IMG/VR virus record: IMGVR_UViG_3300012936_000008
Location: 1-64,000 of that record
Length of the DNA: 64,000 nucleotides
Reading direction: 5' to 3' (one strand)
DNA from: a virus
Of this stretch, positions 20,003-33,600 are shown in pieces (within the stretch, counting starts at the first letter, position 1; each line of letters begins with the position of its first letter). The notes under the pieces are model-generated. The model saw only the letters and a program-made list of their open reading frames with translations. It was not told the origin of the DNA and made no database searches. A program made the translations under genes and the position numbers.

Positions 20003-21606
20003 GTTGCGTCGAATGATGTCTGCGTAGTGTCAAACTTCGCTTCCGTAGAGGAGAAGTCTGTATCGCCCTGACCATCACCGAATCCAGTCACAGTCAATGT
20101 CACCACATCAGATGTGAGAGGTGAGTTCTGTGCAGGAGTAATACCTAATCCAAGAGGACCACGTACCTCACATCTGAACTTATATCCAGACATGTAGTTG
20201 AGTGCTGTAAATGCATATGTTGCATTAGTTGCACCAGTCAACACAGCAAAGGAGAATCCACCGTCAGTAGATCTATACCATTGGTATGCCTTAGGACCAT
20301 CCTCAGGACTGATAAGTGCAGATATACTGAACGTGACAGTCTGACCAACGTTGATCGTTGCGTTCTGAGGTTGATTGGAGATAAGGATAGTTGCAGGAAC
20401 AATAGTTCCACCGCCACCACCTTGATCGGGTGGGGGAGGTGCAGCAGCACCATTGTTCGGTGGTTGGTTCAATGCTTCACGAGAAGTCAGTCCAACTAGG
20501 TATGGGAATACTGCTTCAAGGTTATCTTCGCTATCTAACTCAGTAGATAAGAAGTAAGCATATGTGCCATCCTGAAACTCTGGTGTAATGCAAAAACGTC
20601 CATTATGGTAGTCGAGGTTACCAAGACCCTCAGCATACTCCCAGTCCGCCATCAGAGCGCCTGCTGGGGGGTTCTGCTGACTGTCTCCGTAGGTAGGTCT
20701 ACCGTCCGCTTCTTCTGACTTAACTCTATATGAACTAGTTGCCAGAGCAATCGCAGAGTTATTATCCCAAGCATCATTATATAGATATGGTCCATATACA
20801 GGGAACCCGTCAAAGGCATAACCAAGAATCTTAGAGTGACCATCTGGATGTCTCAGATTGTCTCCATTGTACTGAGATGATCCATAATAATCGTTATATG
20901 ATGCCATGACAGAATTGTCCTTCCAGCATTCCAGGAAGTGTGTGTCATGGTAATGATATTGTCCTGTATTCTCTGGGTGACCACCACAACTGTCGTCACC
21001 GAAGTCTACTGGGGACCCTTCATAATGTGCATTCCATTGGAATCCAGTCGGAGGATTTCCTCCTGCTCCTGCACTGGGATTGAAAAATACAACCCCGTTA
21101 GCAGCAATGCCAATAGCACCCAGAGGCGTTTCAGACCTTCCATTGCGTTGATCATAATAAGTGTACGAACCAGTGTATCCAGATCTCTGGAAATCCATGA
21201 TCAGTTCTAGATACTGATCACTTGCTCTCCAAAACTCCCCAGCAGTGGCAGTTTGTTCAGTTCCTTTGTATACGAATACTTGCTTTCTTTCGTTGATTGT
21301 GTTCTCATCAAACACAAACAAAATTCTGTCACCAACTCTAATAGCACTACCCAACAGGGCATTGTCCGCAACAGACAAAGGGATCTGGATGAAGAAACCC
21401 TCATGAGCAAAGGTATTGGTATCAAACGTTCTAGTTATACCGAACGTTCCACCTCTGTATAAAAAAGTATGCTCAAAATCCTGCTCAGATACCTGATTAG
21501 GATTATTGAGATTGGGAAAAGTACCATACAGTACGGGGTCTGGAAGTCCATCCCCGTCTACTGTAAGGTTCTTAGTACCAGCGTTATATTCAGCGGTTGC
21601 TGTCAT
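19999..21606 (-). CDS. YHYH-domain protein with C-terminal Ig-like domain (535 aa)
   Basis: LGAIGIAANGVVFFNP, DSCGGHP..GQYHYH, HSKILGYAFDGFPVYGP, LDYHNGRFCITPEFQDGTYAYF; Ig motif QPQNATINVGQTVTFS...YQWYRS...YKFRCEV. Confidence 0.88.
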   Translation of the reverse strand: MTATAEYNAGTKNLTVDGDGLPDPVLYGTFPNLNNPNQVSEQDFEHTFLYRGGTFGITRTFDTNTFAHEGFFIQIPLSVADNALLGSAIRVGDRILFVFDENTINERKQVFVYKGTEQTATAGEFWRASDQYLELIMDFQRSGYTGSYTYYDQRNGRSETPLGAIGIAANGVVFFNPSAGAGGNPPTGFQWNAHYEGSPVDFGDDSCGGHPENTGQYHYHDTHFLECWKDNSVMASYNDYYGSSQYNGDNLRHPDGHSKILGYAFDGFPVYGPYLYNDAWDNNSAIALATSSYRVKSEEADGRPTYGDSQQNPPAGALMADWEYAEGLGNLDYHNGRFCITPEFQDGTYAYFLSTELDSEDNLEAVFPYLVGLTSREALNQPPNNGAAAPPPPDQGGGGGTIVPATILISNQPQNATINVGQTVTFSISALISPEDGPKAYQWYRSTDGGFSFAVLTGATNATYAFTALNYMSGYKFRCEVRGPLGLGITPAQNSPLTSDVVTLTVTGFGDGQGDTDFSSTEAKFDTTQTSFDAT

Positions 21607-21619
21607 TGCACTTTTTGAC

Positions 21620-21626
21620 TATTTAT
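21620..21626 (-). promoter_or_regulatory. Late promoter core ATAAATA
   Basis: Overlaps the stop of the giant ORF, just upstream of the YHYH gene. Confidence 0.7.
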
Positions 21627-24600
21627 TGGAAAATCTGAGTCGGGTTAAAGTTGTTGATGATAGTAGCACCAGTCTGTACTGTGAGGATCACAGAGTTGGA
21701 GTAGACAGGTGTAGCACCAGCAGCAGTAATCGCAACACGGAACTCATCTCCATCATCTGCCTGTTCAGCAGGGTTGGAGGTGTAGATCGCAAGCGTGGAT
21801 CCAGTAATGTTGTTCCAGTCAGTCTCACCGTACTGCTTACGCTGCCACTGATAGTTGAGAGCAGTTGTACCGACTTGATTATCGGAACTGTTCACGAACT
21901 GACCAACGACGGTAAACTGTGCAGTCTGATCTTGGTTCACGGTCACGTTCACAGGTTGTGAAACGATGTTGATATAACCAGGTGTGATAACAATCGGGTT
22001 GCCCTGAGCGTCAGTACCTTCACCAGCGTAGGTGTCGAAACCTTGGTTCACAGCAGGACCAGAAGGAACAACGAAGTCGTCATCCACGACAGTCTCAACG
22101 GTCACTGCGGGTTGCGCGTAACCAATACCAGGAGTCTTCACATCAATTCTCATCAGACCCATGAGAGCGCGGACACGACCATCGAAACCAGTCGAGGAAA
22201 CCACATCCACGTTCGGGCGCGTGGTGTAACCATCACCAGGTGCGGTAATGATTGCCTTGGTGATCTCACCAGACTTGATGTCAGCAAGTGCCTCAGCGTT
22301 ACGACCCTTAACGGTGCCCGTGTACTCGAAGGTGATCAAGGAGTTGGAAGACTCAATCAGAGCGACCTCACGAGGATCTGCCTCACCTTCGATTTGCAGA
22401 ATGTCACCTGCCTCAATCGGAGGTACGACAGTTGCCGCGATCACGTCAGCGTCAGAACCGATGTAGGAGAAGGCAACGAATGTAGATCCTGCGCGAGGAA
22501 TCTCAGCGAAGATGATTCTAGAACCAACCAGTTCGTAACCAACACCAGGTTCCTGAATAACACCATTGAGCGAGACGATGATGTTGTTCTCAGGCAGAAT
22601 CGTGTTGGACGATACACCCTCGGTCAGAGTCAGTGAGTAGAAACCACCCTGGTATTTGAGGTTGAAGGACGAGCGCAAGGAGTCAAACTCAAAGCTGATG
22701 TCATCCAGTTGTCTCAGTTTACCTACGTAGTAACCAATGAACTCAGAACCGATGGTAGGAGGTTCAGTGAACTGAATCTGATCGGAGAACGCCGTGTAAG
22801 CGAAGTTAGCGCCAGGAGGTTGCAGAACACCGTTGACGAATACGAGCAGGTGTCCAGCAGGATCTGGGAAGTATGCTTCGCCGTTGTTGACGGTGAGTTT
22901 GAAGGAATCAGCAGATCCGTCGAATCCACGGAAGAAGCGGTCGCAACGTCCTAGGAGATTCTTGGATTGTGATACAGCAGCGTACCAACCATAGTCTGAC
23001 TTGACAGTAAGGTTAGATGGGAAGTCACCGTTGACATCTTCCAACCAGAGGCGACCAGTGTTACCGCTGATTGCCTTACCTGCGACCTTACCGTACGAAG
23101 TGTAGTCGGTAACAGTCTGTGAGATGATGTCACAAGAGATAATCGGGAAGTTATTGAGGTTCTCAAACCTACCCAATCCAGTACCACCCGCGAGCAGTTC
23201 AGCAGGATCCGTAGTGGTAACTCCATTAGCATCTGCGCCATAAGGTTGCAGGTTAGCAATCCAGATCTTGTGGATGCCATTGTCAGGATCATACTGGTAA
23301 TCTGTGACCATAGCGGTCCAACCAGGGATCTTAGGCACAGAACCTGAGAGCAGGTAGACGATATCGCCAGCGGCAAAGTCACCAGTGAAACCTTGGTCTC
23401 TCAGGACATTGTTGATGTTGCACTCAATAACTTTCTCTGCATGGAGGAACTGATTGAGTTCGATATCTTTGAAACCAGTCTTGGTGATGTTACCGATGTC
23501 AAGGATCTTGTCAGTGATAGAACCGTAGATGATGTCACCATCGATGAAGTCATCTTGCAGAGTTTCAATGTCAATCGTGACACGACCACCCAGGTTGCTA
23601 GTCAGAGAACCAGCAGAGTTTTCGTAAGATACGATTGTTGCCTCAGCACCATTGCCCTTGTTGAAGATGATCTCGCCGTTAGCGAATGCACCACGGTCGA
23701 TGTTGACCAACATGCGATCAGTTCCTTGTCCAACGATGGTAGCAGTGATGCCACTATCAACGCCTTCCAGAACCTGAGTTTCACTGATGCTACCAGTGAC
23801 GTTCTCGATATAGATCCAACCTTCATCCTCATTATCGCCCGTGAGGGTTGATGTTTGGAGCACGATAGCGTTGTTAGCACCAGCACCTTGAACCTGAACT
23901 TGTTCACCCACAGTGAATCTGCCAGTGGCACCGCTGATGTTATATCTGCGATACAGTTTGACAATCTCTGCTTCGTTGTTTCTAGTTCTGACAATCTCAG
24001 AAGAAGCGTCAGATGTAGTACCAACAACCACGTCAGCAAGGTTGAAACCACCACTGACAGGATTATCAACGTCTCTGGTGCCGAAGGTAGTAGGCTTACG
24101 GTGGATGCCAGAGCGTACAGGTGCTTGGAGTTGCTGAGCACCAGTCAGTCTGGTGTCAACTGCGAATCTTCTGAATCGTGCGTCATGTCTGATCTCTTTT
24201 GTGATCTCAAACTGTGTCGGAGTTGCATTCAGAACGTAGTAGTAATCTTGACCAGTGAGGGCAGGCTCAACGTCACCAGATGCGATTGAGTAGGAAAGTA
24301 TGTCACCGCGTGAGTAGAAGTTAGGACGCTGAATGATAAGTCTGTGCTCTCTGTTCTCATATCCAACTTCAACAGACGGAGTGTTGATAACCAGATCAGG
24401 ATCAGTGTTCCAGTCAGTTCCCTCGTTATAGAGGTTACGCAGGTTAGTAGCATGAACGTTGTTAGTCCACTGAACACTGTTCTGTGAAGGAGGTGTACCT
24501 CTGCTGATAGCAAAGTATGCAGCGTTAAGGGAACTGTCAATCTTGAACTGAGAAGACTCCTTCTCATATTCAAAACGGTTGTCAATAGCACCCGTACCAA

Positions 24601-27600
24601 AGTGAGTCTCATCTTGGAATACATCGTACTGATAGAACTCACCACCCACGAGAACGTCGTTATAGTCATCACAAATACGCTTGGCATACTCACTGACACG
24701 AGTTACATACCAGAGCAGGTGCTGCTTAGTGATATTCGGGAAGGCAATGAAGTTGCCCTCACCATCGAACCAAGTGTTGACAAGTCTCAGAACACCAACG
24801 TTACCACCAGTATTCAAGTCATACAGTAGACCGTTAATAAGGTTCTCACCGAAGGAAAGGTCAGCATTCGTCGTAGGATATGCAGTTTGTACCTCAGCAA
24901 ATGCCTTGCCAGCGACCACATGCTTGTTGAACAAGATACGCTTAGCAACTCTCTGATCAGACTTAGATCCACCACCCAGAGACTCGATCATGAGATCGAA
25001 TAGTGACTCAGATGCGGACGTTACGTTGTAGCAAGTGTAATACTGATAGGCAGTATTGCTGTTGTAACCAGTGTTGCGAGTAACTGTGGACAGGTGAGTT
25101 GGGGAAGGTGATCCCGAAGAAGCAACTGTGACAGTATCAATAACAAGGTCAAACAGAGATTCAATGGTGGTTGCTTGTGTGGCACAAGTAGTATTCCACT
25201 CAGCACCCATCTCATATGTGATAGTTACATCACGCTCACAATACTCAGGAGAGTATTTGATAGGCCAGATGTACGGCATCGTCTTAGTGATAGTACCGTC
25301 ACCAATACTTGCAGGCGTGGTGATTGTATCAGTTACGATTGTCATCAGAGTAGTGATGGCAGAAGCAACGTCAGCACACTTAGGATTAGCAGTATCAGCA
25401 GTGATTGAGTAACCACCCACGTTGTATGGGAAGTAATCAAGATCTGCGTAGAACTTCTGAGTCTGACCATGTGCAGCAGTAATAGTGATGGTCTCATTTC
25501 TCATTGATTGCAATGCAAGATCTCTTGCCTTATTAACAATCCAGATGGACTCAGTAGAAACACCTACGATATGTTGCAGGTTAGATCCAGAAGCATACAG
25601 TTCCGCTGCCATGAAGACTTTGTTGTTACCACCGTGACGGAGGTTCCATACAGCAGCCTCAACAATGTCAGCAACGTCATGAACACAATCGATATAACCG
25701 TTAGTGGTAATAGCGTCTTGCTCGGCACTTACAAAGGTGTGAGCATACTGGAATTCAGTAGCAGCAACGCCAACGTTAACAGTCATGGTGTTTGCATCGA
25801 CAACTGTTACTGCCAAAGAAGAACCCCATGCAGGATCACTAGAACGAGGATAGACGTGCTCAGTAGCATTAGAATCCTGTGTACAAGTGAATACCAAAGA
25901 ACCAGGTCTGATGGTAATTCTATTGCCAGTAGACAGGTTATGGTTTTCAGTAGTATCAATAGTCAGCAGACCACTAGTGTGGTTGTAAGTGACATTACTA
26001 GGAGTCAACTCAACACCGCCAGAACCACTCTGACCATTGATGTTCAGTGAGGGGAACTGTGCTCTGCCTTGTGCGACTGCTTCCTCAGCAATCAGACGGA
26101 TGTTTCTTTCAATGACGTTTGCAGCATCGATGAATCTGTCATCAACAGCGTTACGCTCGTAAGTAGAAGCATCAACGTTGTTAAGTGAAGAACCACCAGA
26201 CAGAGGATCGCCAGTTACAGGATCAACACCACCACCTTCGGGATCATAGATGTAAAGGTTCTCACGACCGAAACCATTTCTCATGGTCAAGATGCAGATC
26301 TCAGCAGCGATCTTCATTACGTCACGAGCAGCGTCGAGTTCAGACTCAACGTGCTTCAAACTACCATCCTCATCATTCAGATAGAGTTTTGCAGCATCCC
26401 ATGTTCTGCTGTTACCACCGAATCTCAGGTCATGAATGATAGAGTCGATGATATCGATAACGTCATCAATACAGTTCTGAGCACCACCAGGGATTGCCAA
26501 GTCAAGATACTTGGACATTCCGTTCATTGTATAGACTGCTTCGGAAGCAATTACGTGCTTGTTAGCAGAAAGGAGATTAGCAGTATCAAGGTTCTTATCA
26601 ACGTCGCTGCTATTACCACCCTCATAACCCTTAGGATCAATAGTGATAGTGTCATCTCTGTATACTGCGATATCCGTATACTGAGCAACATAGTAATCAT
26701 CTTGGAACTCTTGGGAGACGCCAATGTTAGATGCGGTAGTACCCTGAGTCAGCAGAGTGTTGTTGATAGCATGATGTACTAGTTTCTTGGTGTACTTGAA
26801 TGCATCAAGCATCGGTGCCAATTCATTCTCAATGTGGATGATCTGAGAGTTAGGATCAATGTATTGATCGATAACATACTGAGTAGCAGAGTTACCACCA
26901 GTGATCAGATCAGTAACCACAGCAGGCAGGATGTGCTGTTTGAGGTCACGGAGGCAATATGGTTCTCCATAACCAGGCATGGTTAGGAAGTCATAGGTAG
27001 TGTCATTGATATCTCTGATGTATTCTGCTTGCAACCAACCGACAACTTCATTAGCGATGTAATCGCGGTTTTTCCAGATAGCATCACCAGCATCACGGAA
27101 TCTGTCACCAGTAGGTCCGATGATGTCAGCAATAGTATTACAGAGACTAGTAATCTCATTTGTTACGGTTGCTGATGCAGGAGAAGTAAACCTGTTAGGT
27201 ACACGAAGCAGATCAGTGTACTTAGTACCGTTAAAGTTTTCGAGATCACCACTAGTAGTAGTGATAACGAAGTTGATGACCGTAGCAAGTTCTGTCCAGG
27301 TGTAGATGGATTGGAGCAGTTCGTTGCCCACGTAGTTCAGTCCACCTTCCTTAGTCAGGTAACCTCTACCAGCGATAACGCTGTTGTAGTTGCCACCATA
27401 ACGAATGTCTTCGACAACTGCTTTCAGGATATACTCTTTGGTGTCACGGAGACACTTGTTAGTACCAACCTGAACACCAACGCCATCAGCACTGTCGCCA
27501 GGGATGAGGAAGTCAGAATACTTCTCCTTCATCAGACCAACAGCAACCTCAGCGATCCAATCGTAGTTCAGTTCAATAAGATCAGCACACTTACGATGCT

Positions 27601-30600
27601 CATCACGAGAAAGGTTGATGTCCTCAATGATGAATTGCTTGTTATCGTAGTCAACACTCTTAGCGGTAGCAGTGGAGTTGGTTTGACCAGTGTAAGTACC
27701 AAAACGCTCACGATCACTCAGGATGAACGGCAGTTCCATGCTCATACCGAACGAGATATTGTTCGTAGAGGTAGGATAGGTAAATCCAGGTGTGAAGGTA
27801 GCAGTGTAGTCAGATACACCCTTCTTGAAGATGATATTATCAATCCAACCAACGAAACCATTAGCACCAGTCAGGTCAGCACCAAGTTTGAAGGCACGTT
27901 CCAGATAGTTGTTGTTGTCGGTGTAGTCACCACCAACTTGTGTGCCATTGACCCACACCTTAGTGATGTTAGTAGTTCTGCTAACAGCAACGTGATGCCA
28001 GGCATTAGTGGAAAGGTTGTGAGCAGCAGAGATCTGGTCAGAACCGTTATACCACCAGTTGATAGTAGAACCATTCAGATACAAGACAGGAGATCCTGTT
28101 TCAGCAGCACCACTAGTACGAGTATCCCAAAGGAACTGAACACCACTCAGAGTGGTAGGACGGATCCACATTTCAATGGTAAAGTCATTAGTCTCAAACT
28201 TAGCAACGTCACTAAGTGAATGAGAGAGATAACCACCAGCATCAAGTCTCAGTGACTTAGTGCCAGATTTCTTTTGAAGAGTGGTTAGAGATACCTTAGT
28301 ATGTGAGACAGAGTTAGCATCAGCACTAACAAAGGTGTGTGTATACTGTTCGCCATCAGGAGAAGCACCAACATTTACCGTAATGGTAGTTCCAGTCGTT
28401 GCCGTGATGGGGAGTTTTTTGTTGTTAGCAGGGTCAGTTGATCTAGGATAGGTGTGGTTTGTAGCATTGCTATCCTTAGTACAAGTGAAGGTCAAACTAT
28501 CTTGTGCGATAGTAATGCTGTCAGTAGTTGTAAGGGAATGGGAACCAATAGTCAGTTCCATTACACCAGTTGAAGCATCGTATGTAGCAGCACTAGGTGT
28601 GAACTGTATTAGTGGAACAGTTATCTTACTGTTAGTGATAAACTCTCTGTCTTGGAAACTTCCAGTAATGGAATCAGTGAACAACCATTTCAGACCAGAG
28701 TTAGTACCCTTAGCAGAGAAAGTAGCACCAGAATTTACACCCTTGATAGTGTCACCAGGGGTGAAGAATCCAGATGCACCAGGATCTTTGTAGGATACTT
28801 TGAATACACGCAGGTTCTCGTTCTCTTGATAAGAACCATCAGATACAACTGACAGTGCATTGATAGTGGCAAGACTACCAGAAGCGATAGTAGTTGCTGC
28901 CAGTTCGACGAGGGTGTGAATACCTGCCTGAACATCAGCACAGTTACCAATGCTTTCGTTTCTACCAGAGTAGTAATTAGGATCGTAGTATGCTGCCTCA
29001 GTACCACCACCACGGAATACAGCGTTAGATTCTGCATCAATGAAGGTGTGTGCATAACCACCACCAGAAGAGATGGAGTTATTGGTAGAACTTACGAAGG
29101 TGTGAGGATACTGCTCAGCAGTCGGAGAAGCACCAACGTTTACAGTGATAGTGGTTGCAGTTGTTGCAGAGATGGAAAGATAAGATCCATTTGCAGGGTC
29201 ACTAGCACGAGGATAGGTATGAGTTGTAGCGTTCGCATCCTTGGTGCAAGTGAAAGTCAGACTGTCTTGTGCAATAGTGATGCTGTCACCGATGCTCAAC
29301 GAGTGAGAACCGATAGTCAGTTCCATTACGCCAGTTGCAGGATCATATGCAGCGGCAGTAGGAGTGAACTGGACCAGCAGAGAGGCACCAACGTTAACCT
29401 CAATGGTGGTAGCAGTTACTGCGGAAATAGGTAGGTCGCTGTTGAAACCAGGATCGCCAGTACGAGGATAAGAATGGAAAGATGCATCGCCATCAGAAGC
29501 GCAGGTGAAGCGTAAAGAATAGGGCCTAATGCGTACGCTGTCACTAGTTGTGAGGGAATGAGAACCGATAGTCAGTGTCATGATGCCACTGTTCGGGACA
29601 TATGCAGCAGCAGATACGTCGAACTCTTCTACGCTAGTGCCAGAGGAACCAAGATACGGACCAGCATAAGTGGTCGGATCGTTGAGCATGTAACCAGTCT
29701 CAGAAGTTCTGGTGTTGACCTGAACATAGAGAAGGTTGTTGATTGCCTTACGGCACATCTCACCTGCCTTTCTGAAAGCAGTAATAGACTCTGCAAGTTC
29801 ACCCACCAGACCATTGCTGATAGGAGATCCAGCATTATCAAAGTATTTCTTAGCAAACTCTACAATCTGATAGTTACCATCGCCTGCAATATCCAGAGCG
29901 AGAGCATCAATCATCAAACCGATGTCACGACGACACTTCGCTTCATTAGCACTGTATGCACTAGGTTCTGCAAGATCGATCAGATCATTCAGAGAACCTG
30001 CAAGCAGTACCTCAGATACGTTATCAAACAGAGTTTGCAGCGCAGATTGTACGTCAGAGCAGTTATTGGTTCCATAGTTCTGACTGTTAGAACCAGGGGT
30101 GCCATAGTTATTACCAGGTGAAGGATCAGCAGTGATGCCAGTTCCAGTAGAACCACCAGTGCTTCTCTCGTTATACTTGACAAAAGTGATACCGCTAACA
30201 ACTTCTGAACCAGTCAGATCGTTAGTCAGGGCATTCTTCATGTAACCGAGTGCCTGTTCAAAGGCATACTCAGTTGCTTGCTCTTCACCGTTGATGTAGA
30301 GGAAGGTAGTTTCATCAGTGCTGAAATATTTTTTCAGCAACTTACGAGTGTAAACTGTGCCACCTTGGAACATGTCCATCGAAAGTGCTTCGATAAACTT
30401 ACCAATATCTCTTCTACATGCTGTTCCAGAAGGAATAGTCAGAGAAGGATACTGAGCAACCATGTCCACATAGGACTTCTCAATGATATATTCCTTGTTC
30501 TTAGTGATCAAACGATATGCATCTGCAAATCTGCTCCACTGATCGGTAGCGTTGTCGCCAGGATAGTAGAACCCAGGATGATGGACAGAGATCTCAGCGT

Positions 30601-33600
30601 TAGAGAAGTCAATGATCTCTTGACGGTTGAACTCGATCATACGACCAGCATCCTTCCATCTGTTGAGAGAATCGGTTACTGGGTTACCATATGTGACCTG
30701 AATAGAACGCAGGTCATCGCCCTGAGCAAGTGTGCCGCCTGTCAGACCGTCATACTCGATTTCAGTAGAACGTACTTCTTCAAAGTCGAGGAAGTCAGAG
30801 TTGATACGGTTGGCAGAGTCAAGAATCTCAACGGGTGTGATAGTAGTCTTAGAAACGTCATCCAGAATAACGTTAGCGTTAGTCAAGGAGATCAGACGTT
30901 CAAAGATCATACCGAAGAAGGTAGAACCTTTGTTAATGACCAGAGTGTCAACCACGTCACCAACTCTTGCATCACCAACAGTAGTTTCAGTCAGAGAGTC
31001 AAGGACTTCGTTGCCATTAGCATCATTGAAGTAACGTTGGATGGTCTCGTTAACAGAAGTAGGTTCGCCATCATCAGGATCAAGGTTGGCATAGTCGAGG
31101 TTGAGATTCTTCTCACTCTTTCTCAAATAGTAGAGAACAGGGGGAGATGCTTCAAAGTCAATTCTGACAACTTCGCCACTTGCACCAGAAGTAAGACCTC
31201 TGAACTGATCACCCTCAACAAAAGTAGTCCACTCACCAGTAACATTAGAAGGACGCTCTAAGTTGATGCTAGTGATTGGATCTCTATAAGGAGAGATGTT
31301 AGTGATACGTGCAGCAATGTTAGATGCAGCAGAATAGATGATGTCATTCAGGAAGATCTTATATTGTCCAGTCTCATACTCAGCAGTACCAGAAGTCTTG
31401 GACAAGACGATCTTGTCAGAGACATTACCATCAAGGTCAAGGTTAGTTTCTTCAATAACAGCAGTGTCATTGTCAAGACTGGTTACAGTCTCACCAAACT
31501 CGAAGATAGTCTTGTAGTTGACACTATCAACATTGAGAATGTTTGCACCATAACCTGCATTGAAGAAGGTCACATCCTCACCACGATCAAAGTATCCGTT
31601 TGACATATCTGTCACTTGGATGCTCTGTTCAGTCAGATCGATAGAAGAGATAGTTGCTCTTGCACCAGTAGTTTGACCAATTACAATGTCGCCAATCAGA
31701 GGAGTATTGAAAGTACCACCGATGTTCTGCAAGAACAGTTTAGTGAAGGACTTATCAATAGAACCAATCAGTGCGCTGAATGCAGTTCTACCAACGTCAA
31801 CACGTTCGTTCAGATCAAACTGACCACCAGAGATGTCAACAACATCGATACTAGTAGCACCAGTTGCAACAACTCTTGCAGTTGCCTGAGAACTGAAACC
31901 GTTGATGGTGTCACCGATGGACGGGAAGATACCAGCAATAGTGTTGAGGTTCAGTCTGGTGATCGGCATGATGTCGAAACCGATGTTTCTGTAAACAACC
32001 TTAGAGTCGGGTCTAGGAGGTTCAGAGAATACAATCTGATTACCGACAACCTGATAGGAAGCACCAGGTGCCTGAATCACACCATTAAGAGTAATAAGGA
32101 GTTGATTATCCTTAACAATTACTTGTTCGCCTTCTACTTGGAGAGGGAACGCTTTCTTAACACCGTCAAACTGATTGGAGATACTATCAATCTTCTTAAC
32201 GATAGAAGTTAGAATTTCCTCAGAGTTGGTCAGTCTCTTCTTACGGAAGAGAACTTCGGAGTTGTTAAAGGTCGAGTAGATCGGTTGTGCAGCACCGAAG
32301 GAGGTAATCTCGTTGACGTTGGTGTACTCGTTGATGTTCACCTGCTTGGTGAAGTCAGCAGCAACCTTACGACCAGAGATATCCTTACCACCAGTCAGTT
32401 CTAACTGACCGAACATGTTGAAACCAACAGGGTGGTTGTTCTGCAAGATCTGATTCTTCCATCTGTTGATGGGAATCTGAGACTTAATAACGTATGAGAA
32501 GTTCTGATAGAAGAAAGAGTCTTGGATCTTCTGAACAATCTCGGAAGGTTTACCAACGTCATCGGTGAATCTACCAGCAGTTCTGGTGATAGCGTCGATG
32601 TTCAACACGCCCTTAGCAATGTTGATGTTGTCGATAATACCAGATGCACGAGAAACAACACCTTGTACCTTACCACCAACAACAAAGTCGCCGTCAGGGT
32701 TAGTAACTTTCAGGATCTTAGGTTGAATCTGCCAACCATCGTTCTCAGAAACGATACCGAAAGCAGTTGCATTTTCGTATACTTCACCTTGGAATACTTC
32801 CTCACCTTCCAGGAATCTAGAAGTTTCGACCACAGCAGTTGCTTGACCACCGAACACCTCGGTAAGCAGCACCTGACGACCATCACCCTGAGTCAAGAAG
32901 GTAATAAAGTTACCAGACTCAGCGTCAACTGGGGTCAGTGCAAAACGCAGTTGGTCAGATTCAAGACCATTGATATCACCTGCAATAGCGTAGTAAGTAG
33001 TCGTAGAAGACAGACTAGTCAAACCAACGCTACTGGGTTTCGGCAGGATACCAACTTGTGAACCAATAGCATCAGCACGGAACTGAACCTCAGCACCAGT
33101 GGTAATACCATGAGGGAAGTTGAACTGCAAGTAGTTCAAGTCAAGGTTCACAACATAGGTGAACTCAGATTTCAGAGTAACAACAGGTTGTGAAGAGTAA
33201 CCAGCACCAGGATTCTTGATCAGAATCTCAGACAGTCTGTTGTTCTTAACAACTGCTTCTGCCTCAGCACCAGATCCACCACCACCAGAGATAAGAACAG
33301 CAGGTGCAGAGGTGTAACCAGCACCAGGATTGGTGATAGTAATCTGTGAAAGGATAGAGGTATTAAAGAGTTGCAGGTTGATCGGGAATGCAATCTCAGG
33401 ACGCAGGGTGTAGTCATGGGAGTAACCATAACCAAACTCGTTGTTTTTCAGAGTCTTGATCTTACCGATCTGTCTACCAGTGAGGAACACAGCAGCGCCA
33501 GTACCCTCAGCAGGGATCACAACCTCAATAGCACCACCAGAACCAGACAGTGTAGGTCCAAGGATGCCAGGAATACCATCAATGTCGATAGTACCGAAAG

